Shown here in pieces: positions 59,218 to 64,000 of a stretch of 64,000 bases of DNA. The stretch is taken from assembly GCA_963707955.1 (NCBI GenBank), contig OY970176.1, forward strand, positions 1,664,001 through 1,728,000, written 5' to 3'. Source of the DNA: Candidatus Bathyarchaeota archaeon (GTDB lineage: Archaea; Thermoproteota; Bathyarchaeia; Bathyarchaeales; Bathycorpusculaceae). The notes beneath the pieces were generated by a model that did no database searches, was not told the DNA's origin, and saw only the letters and a list, made by a program, of their open reading frames with translations. Numbering within the stretch: the stretch's first letter is position 1; every line of letters begins with the position of its first letter. Both the position numbers and the translations under genes were made by a program.

Positions 59218-60072
59218 ATGTTCTTGCCGCGCAAGATTCTGGAAGAGAAGCTTCGAGCATTGCTGGCTGAGGACATAGGACAAGGAGACATAACTAGTTC
59301 TTTGATAGTTCCGGCAGACACGAATGCGAGGGCTTCAGTGGTGGCAAAACAGCTGGGGATCGTTGCTGGAATTGAAGAAGCAAAGATCTTTCTGCAGAGT
59401 TTAGGACTCGAAGTCAAAGCTTCAGTGAATGACGGGAAAGAAGTGAGACCAGGTGAAGTTCTGCTCAGAATCTCCGGAGATGCTCGCACGCTTCTGGCGG
59501 CAGAACGGACCCTGCTTAATCTTCTTTCGCGCATGAGTGGCATAGCGACAACGACGAGGAACGTGGTCGAGAAGCTTCGAAAGGCCAAGGTTAAGACTAG
59601 GGTTGCGTGTACCAGAAAGACTGCGCCTGGGCTCCTGTACTTCGACAAGAAAGCCGTTCTGATAGGCGGCGGGGACACGCATAGGCTGCATCTTGATGAT
59701 ATGATCCTGATAAAAGATAATCACATCGCCCTAGCAGGAAGCGTTGAAAAGGCCGTTGAAAAAGCTAGGAAACACGCTTCTTTCAGCAAGAAGATTGAGG
59801 TTGAAGTAACCAAGGCTGAGGAAGTTCTGGCTGCTGTTCGAGCTGGAGCTGACATCGTGATGCTGGACAACTTTTCTCCGAAACAGATACAGCAGGCAAT
59901 GACTTTGCTCAAAAGAGAGAAGTATTGTGGAAAAGTTTTGTTAGAAGCCAGTGGCGGAATAACGACGGAGAACATCACGAGATTTGCCTCAACAGGGGTC
60001 GACATCGTGAGTCTGGGCGAAATAACTCAGAGCCCAAAAGCCCTAGACATGAGTCTGGAAATCAACAAATAG
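59218..60072 (+). CDS. nadC: nicotinate-nucleotide pyrophosphorylase (carboxylating)
   Basis: EDIGQGDITS, AERTLLN..MSGIAT, TRKTAPG, HRLHL.D.ILIKDNH, MLDN, EASGGI. Confidence 0.96.
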   Translation: MFLPRKILEEKLRALLAEDIGQGDITSSLIVPADTNARASVVAKQLGIVAGIEEAKIFLQSLGLEVKASVNDGKEVRPGEVLLRISGDARTLLAAERTLLNLLSRMSGIATTTRNVVEKLRKAKVKTRVACTRKTAPGLLYFDKKAVLIGGGDTHRLHLDDMILIKDNHIALAGSVEKAVEKARKHASFSKKIEVEVTKAEEVLAAVRAGADIVMLDNFSPKQIQQAMTLLKREKYCGKVLLEASGGITTENITRFASTGVDIVSLGEITQSPKALDMSLEINK

Positions 60073-60097
60073 CGAAAAGTTGACTTCTCAGATCGAT

Positions 60098-60643
60098 TTA
60101 GCCGCCAGTTGCATTTATCAGAATGATTTCTATGATTGCAGATACTAACAATATCAAAGTTACAATGGCGATGAGGACAGCGGCGTTTCTAAGCTCTCTC
60201 TTGCCGTAGCCTTGCATGGTCCGTCGAATGAGCCAGACGCTTTCTGCTAGGCCTATGGACATCGAGATGTTCTCTAACCAATAGACCGGGATTAGAAAGT
60301 ATGCGAGGAGAAACAGTAGCGGCGTTAATCCCTGTGCCTTCGGAGACATGGAAAATGCGACCAATACGACGCCTGAGCTGTAGCTTGAAAAGAAGCCAAA
60401 GATTGGTCCGCCAATGGGCACGAATGTTGCTAGACAGAGAATGAGGTTGTGTCCGAAGATGTTTTCGACACTGGCTGCGGTCCGCTCCTGATCTATTTCC
60501 TGGTTTATACTGTTGGCGTCTTGTTGACTTAGGTGCGTCAGAAGTCCTACACCGGTGGCGACCTGCCACAGCAATAGAAAGACCGCGACGGTGATGATCC
60601 GCTTCCTTCTTGATGAGGATCTTTTCCAAAAACCGGGCATCAA
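60098..60643 (-). CDS. SpoIIM/DUF95-like membrane protein
   Basis: IFGHN..L..FVP..GP, P..WLE, LLVSAIIE. Confidence 0.8.
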   Translation of the reverse strand: MMPGFWKRSSSRRKRIITVAVFLLLWQVATGVGLLTHLSQQDANSINQEIDQERTAASVENIFGHNLILCLATFVPIGGPIFGFFSSYSSGVVLVAFSMSPKAQGLTPLLFLLAYFLIPVYWLENISMSIGLAESVWLIRRTMQGYGKRELRNAAVLIAIVTLILLVSAIIEIILINATGG

Positions 60644-61342
60644 TCACTTAGCCTCCTTTGGGCTTATTCTTAACGCTCTGAAACCTCTTGCCACGGGGTT
60701 TAATACTTCTGTGATATTGACCTTTTTGAGAACTTCTCCTGTGTCCTCCGCGTCACCTCTTACGTCGTGCTCTGCAGGCATCAACGAGTATAGGTAGACG
60801 CTGTTTTCCGTTAGCCTTGGCTGGCATCTGGAGGGTAAACCTAGCATTACAGTTTGTTTCTCATCGATAGCTCTTGCGCTTGCATAGAGTATCGCGTGTG
60901 CGCCCGATGTTAACTCGGCGATCCTTACTGGCACGCTTTCTTTGCCTATGGCCAGCGTTTCGACCCCGTACTTTTGCCTTATTTCGTTGGCGATTTTTCT
61001 GAGCCTCGGCAACACTTTCAACAGGTGGCGTTTGGCATTTGCTGAGATTTTCATGTTGGTGAATTCTATGGGGGAGAGCTGTTCAAGCGTAACCGACCCC
61101 AAGGACATGTCGAGGTGCACAACGTCAGCCTTTGCTTTTGCAATTAGGTCCCTGCAGAGTTCTGCTTCGTGTATTATGACTTCGTGGCCGTTTTCAGCGT
61201 TGGCGAAGATGGGTTCGGCTAGAAAGGCGCTGGTTTCCCTGTATGGCGGGAGGGTCAGGACTGATGCGGCTGCAACGATCGACACCGGTTCAAACTTGCC
61301 GTTGAGTATGGCTGCTGAGGAATCTGCCGCGATTACTCTCAA
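60644..61342 (-). CDS. conserved archaeal protein (DUF4152-like, RNase H-like fold)
   Basis: MRVIAADS.AA, HLDMSLG, AIGKESVPVRIAEL. Confidence 0.75.
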   Translation of the reverse strand: MRVIAADSSAAILNGKFEPVSIVAAASVLTLPPYRETSAFLAEPIFANAENGHEVIIHEAELCRDLIAKAKADVVHLDMSLGSVTLEQLSPIEFTNMKISANAKRHLLKVLPRLRKIANEIRQKYGVETLAIGKESVPVRIAELTSGAHAILYASARAIDEKQTVMLGLPSRCQPRLTENSVYLYSLMPAEHDVRGDAEDTGEVLKKVNITEVLNPVARGFRALRISPKEAK

Positions 61343-61381
61343 CCTTTCACCTTGCTTGTCAATTAGCGCGGTGACGAGGAT

Positions 61382-62012
61382 TTATGTTTGCTGTTCTAAG
61401 CCTTGCTTCTTCAGGTGTGTTCCCAGAATGAAGATTTCTGAGCTTTTGGCTCTGCTGGCTTTCGGTTTTACCACGACTATGGTTTCGAAACAGTGTTCCA
61501 CCTTGTGTATGAAGTCGTCAAGCATGTCTCCTTGGAAGACCTTGACGAAAAAGTTTCCAGAAGGTCTCAATGTCTGCATTGCTATTTCAAGTGCGCGTTG
61601 TGCTAGGTCTATTTGGCGAGCATGGTCAACTTCCCATATTCCTGAGATGTTTGAGGAAGCATCGGAGATTACGGCGTCAGCTTTTCTTGGGAGCATTTCC
61701 AGAATCTGATTAACTGCCTCTTCTTCTGTTATGTCGCAAACTATCGTTCTCACGTAGGGTTGTGGGAACGGTTCGATGTGTTTCAGGTCGACGCCTAGGA
61801 CAAAGCCTTTTTTGCCGACGGTTTTTCGTGCCGCTTGGATCCAGACCGCCTGGCGCTGCGCCTAGGTCGACGACAACGTCGCCGTACTCTATGAAATGAT
61901 ATCTCCTTATGGCTTCAAAAAGTTTGTAGGTTGCCCTTGAGCGGTATTTTTCCAGCTTTGCCTTCTTGTAGTAGTAGTCTCTTTTTCTATTCTGAATCCA
62001 TGCCTTAGGCAA
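61382..62012 (-). CDS. rlmE: 23S rRNA Um2552 methyltransferase RlmE/FtsJ; frameshift near 61845
   Basis: [26 protein letters not shown]; second ORF VISDA, KVFQG, KPKASR..SSE. Confidence 0.92.
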
Positions 62013-62021
62013 GACTAGCTG

Positions 62022-62399
62022 TCACCAACAGCGCCCAGTCTCGTCTTGAGAAATAAAATGAAGCCACTCTGTGAGCCTTTCACAATCCTGCGGTGAAATG
62101 GCACTTGACGGGTCACATCGAGGGTTGTCTGGGCACATCAGGCATGGGCAGTCAGCTATCGAGTCTATTGATGCTGGTAGCCTTTTGGGAAACAGTCTGT
62201 ACGTCCATCTTCCCTCTTGGAGTTCTTTCTCTCTCCGGATGAGTCCTTTGTTCTCGAGTTTAAGGGCTATTCTAGAGCCTTCGCGGCTGCTGGCGTCCAA
62301 TTCATGCCACAGTTCAGATTGGAGCACACCCTCAAAGCCTGTGGTCATTATGAACTGCAGAGCCCTTTGCTCCAAGTCATTGCGCTTCGGCATCTTCAT
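62022..62399 (-). CDS. TFE beta / RPC34-like transcription factor (wHTH + FeS cysteine cluster)
   Basis: GVLQSELW..L..SREGSR..KLE.KGLI.R, PCLMC....C......SP..C..L.EW. Confidence 0.8.
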   Translation of the reverse strand: MKMPKRNDLEQRALQFIMTTGFEGVLQSELWHELDASSREGSRIALKLENKGLIRREKELQEGRWTYRLFPKRLPASIDSIADCPCLMCPDNPRCDPSSAISPQDCERLTEWLHFISQDETGRCW

Positions 62400-62678
62400 C
62401 AATTCCAAATCTTCATGTTTAATATGCGCAGCTTTTAAATAAAAACTCACCGATATGCCCAGACGATTCCTGACATGGGAGTTAAGCGTTGCGAAGCGTT
62501 ATGTTGCCGTCTGGGTTCTTCTTTCATATGATCAGAGCACCATTGTTGACGTCATCCACGTGTTTAGGCATTTATGCCTGCGGTTCCGATAACTCTTCGG
62601 GCTATTGACGCGCGGTTGCGAATTCTTATATTCCAGACATGCCAAGGGAATACTATGTAGCAGAGGGCAGCGATTCGG

Positions 62679-64000
62679 TTGAAAACTATAAGGAAAGTCT
62701 TTTTTTCATTCACGTTGTCCCTGTTGTTGCTGACATCTGTTTTCAATTTATGCGTTCAGAGTTACGTATCCAGCTATGCTGAACAGAATTACCCATCGGC
62801 CACTGGAACTTCCGACAATGCAAATCAGATGTCCACGAAAGCTGAGCAATCAACTGAGATGCCCCTTCAGGATAATCTGACAGGAATCTTCGATGGAGGG
62901 GGTCAGCTCATGGTCTTTTCATCTGCTTCCAGTTCTGCTTCGTTCACTCGGCACCTGATGTGCAAGAATTACATTATACCTTCGTACGATCCCATCGACC
63001 CGACGACAACGTTCAGCCCGAGCGACAAGCAGGCGGTAATTCTGACTGACGTCAACATTAGCAACACAATCGAATTTAGATGGTATGACAGGGACAATTC
63101 ATCGAAGGCTTGGGTTTCGTGCTACAACTGGACTGAGCTGGCGGAGGATTTGTCTGGATATCCATACGGCCCCTATCACGTCGCAGCCTATCTGTCCATT
63201 GCTGGATACTGGCCAGGGGTATACTTCCCCAGAGCATACAAGGTCGACGTATACCTGGATGGTTTTTTCTCATTTTCTGAATTCTTTGAGGTTACCAACG
63301 GCGGCTTAGACAGCCCGCGCACGTGCGAAAATGTTGATGCGAACGGCCAGCCTGTGAACTTGAAATCACGGTTCACCGTGGGAGTTGACACGCAAGTTGC
63401 TTATTACTCAACGTTCGACGATATGGCATACTTCGACGAAGAGACGGGGGGCTCTCACAACTTCACAATCGTGTGGATTCAACCAGACGGAACGATCTAC
63501 AAGACTCACTCGTCCTTCTTCCCTGATTACAAAGGCAGCAATGTGACTCTGAACTATTGGCAGCAGCCTGGGTTACTTAACGATTCTATCTCTATCGACT
63601 CAACCACTCCTGTTGGAAACTGGGAAGTCGAAGTCTACGTGGACAGCTACTACTCAAATGATTCGTGGATACCGTATGGACCCATCGCAACCACGCCTTT
63701 CATCGTTGGAAACCAATCTGTCGCAAATTGGACTTTCATGGTCTACCTTGACTCAGACAACAACCTGGCAAACGTCAGCATAAGCGGACAAACTCACGAT
63801 CTCGGCATTGACGTCTTCTTAAGATTGGCGAACGTAACATCGTCACCTAACTTCAACATAGTCGTAGAGATGGCCAGAGCGCCCAGCCAGGATGAAAGAT
63901 ACGGCAATTGGACAGGGGCAAAACGCTTCGACGTCAAAGAAGGCATGACGCCAACCGCTGAAAACGCGGTTCAAGACTTGGGGGATGTCGACATGGGAGA
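62679..64000 (+). CDS. large secreted protein with clostripain (peptidase C11)-like domain; runs off the window
   Basis: TTG start and signal-like N-terminus; same frame carries WTFMVYLDSDNNL..NIVVE..D.GDVDMG. Confidence 0.8.
   Translation, partial: MKTIRKVFFSFTLSLLLLTSVFNLCVQSYVSSYAEQNYPSATGTSDNANQMSTKAEQSTEMPLQDNLTGIFDGGGQLMVFSSASSSASFTRHLMCKNYIIPSYDPIDPTTTFSPSDKQAVILTDVNISNTIEFRWYDRDNSSKAWVSCYNWTELAEDLSGYPYGPYHVAAYLSIAGYWPGVYFPRAYKVDVYLDGFFSFSEFFEVTNGGLDSPRTCENVDANGQPVNLKSRFTVGVDTQVAYYSTFDDMAYFDEETGGSHNFTIVWIQPDGTIYKTHSSFFPDYKGSNVTLNYWQQPGLLNDSISIDSTTPVGNWEVEVYVDSYYSNDSWIPYGPIATTPFIVGNQSVANWTFMVYLDSDNNLANVSISGQTHDLGIDVFLRLANVTSSPNFNIVVEMARAPSQDERYGNWTGAKRFDVKEGMTPTAENAVQDLGDVDMG

Overview
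Archaeal chromosomal window, most likely a TACK archaeon such as Bathyarchaeia. This is inferred from TFB, a TFE-beta/C34 homologue, rpS25e, rpS17e, rpL35Ae, an archaeal histone, thermosome, proteasome beta, HdrABC and CofE. Housekeeping blocks (about 0-7 kb, 23-50 kb, 56-64 kb) surround two accessory zones. (1) About 7-23 kb is a mosaic of small genes punctuated by a highly iterated intergenic GCGCGC(GC) palindrome. An IS4/IS5-like element (7438-8544) and a two-copy MITE (14182-14371, 35351-35548) with related terminal repeats all sit in that motif with GCGC duplications. (2) 50614-55970 is a tandem, apparently target-selective stack of cargo-carrying IS6-family transposons separated by the same 8-bp duplication CTTTATCA, just upstream of the proteasome beta gene. 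The autonomous member has a SWIM-finger IS6 transposase, a divergent unannotated RHH gene with candidate operator repeats, and mostly small membrane-protein cargo. Notable metabolic neighbourhoods are HdrABC + acyl-CoA dehydrogenase + EtfAB, and TrpB2 + a SerK-like kinase + an ACT regulator. Several conserved genes carry single-base frameshifts that look like sequencing or assembly indels. All calls come from reading the sequence by eye; no searches were run.
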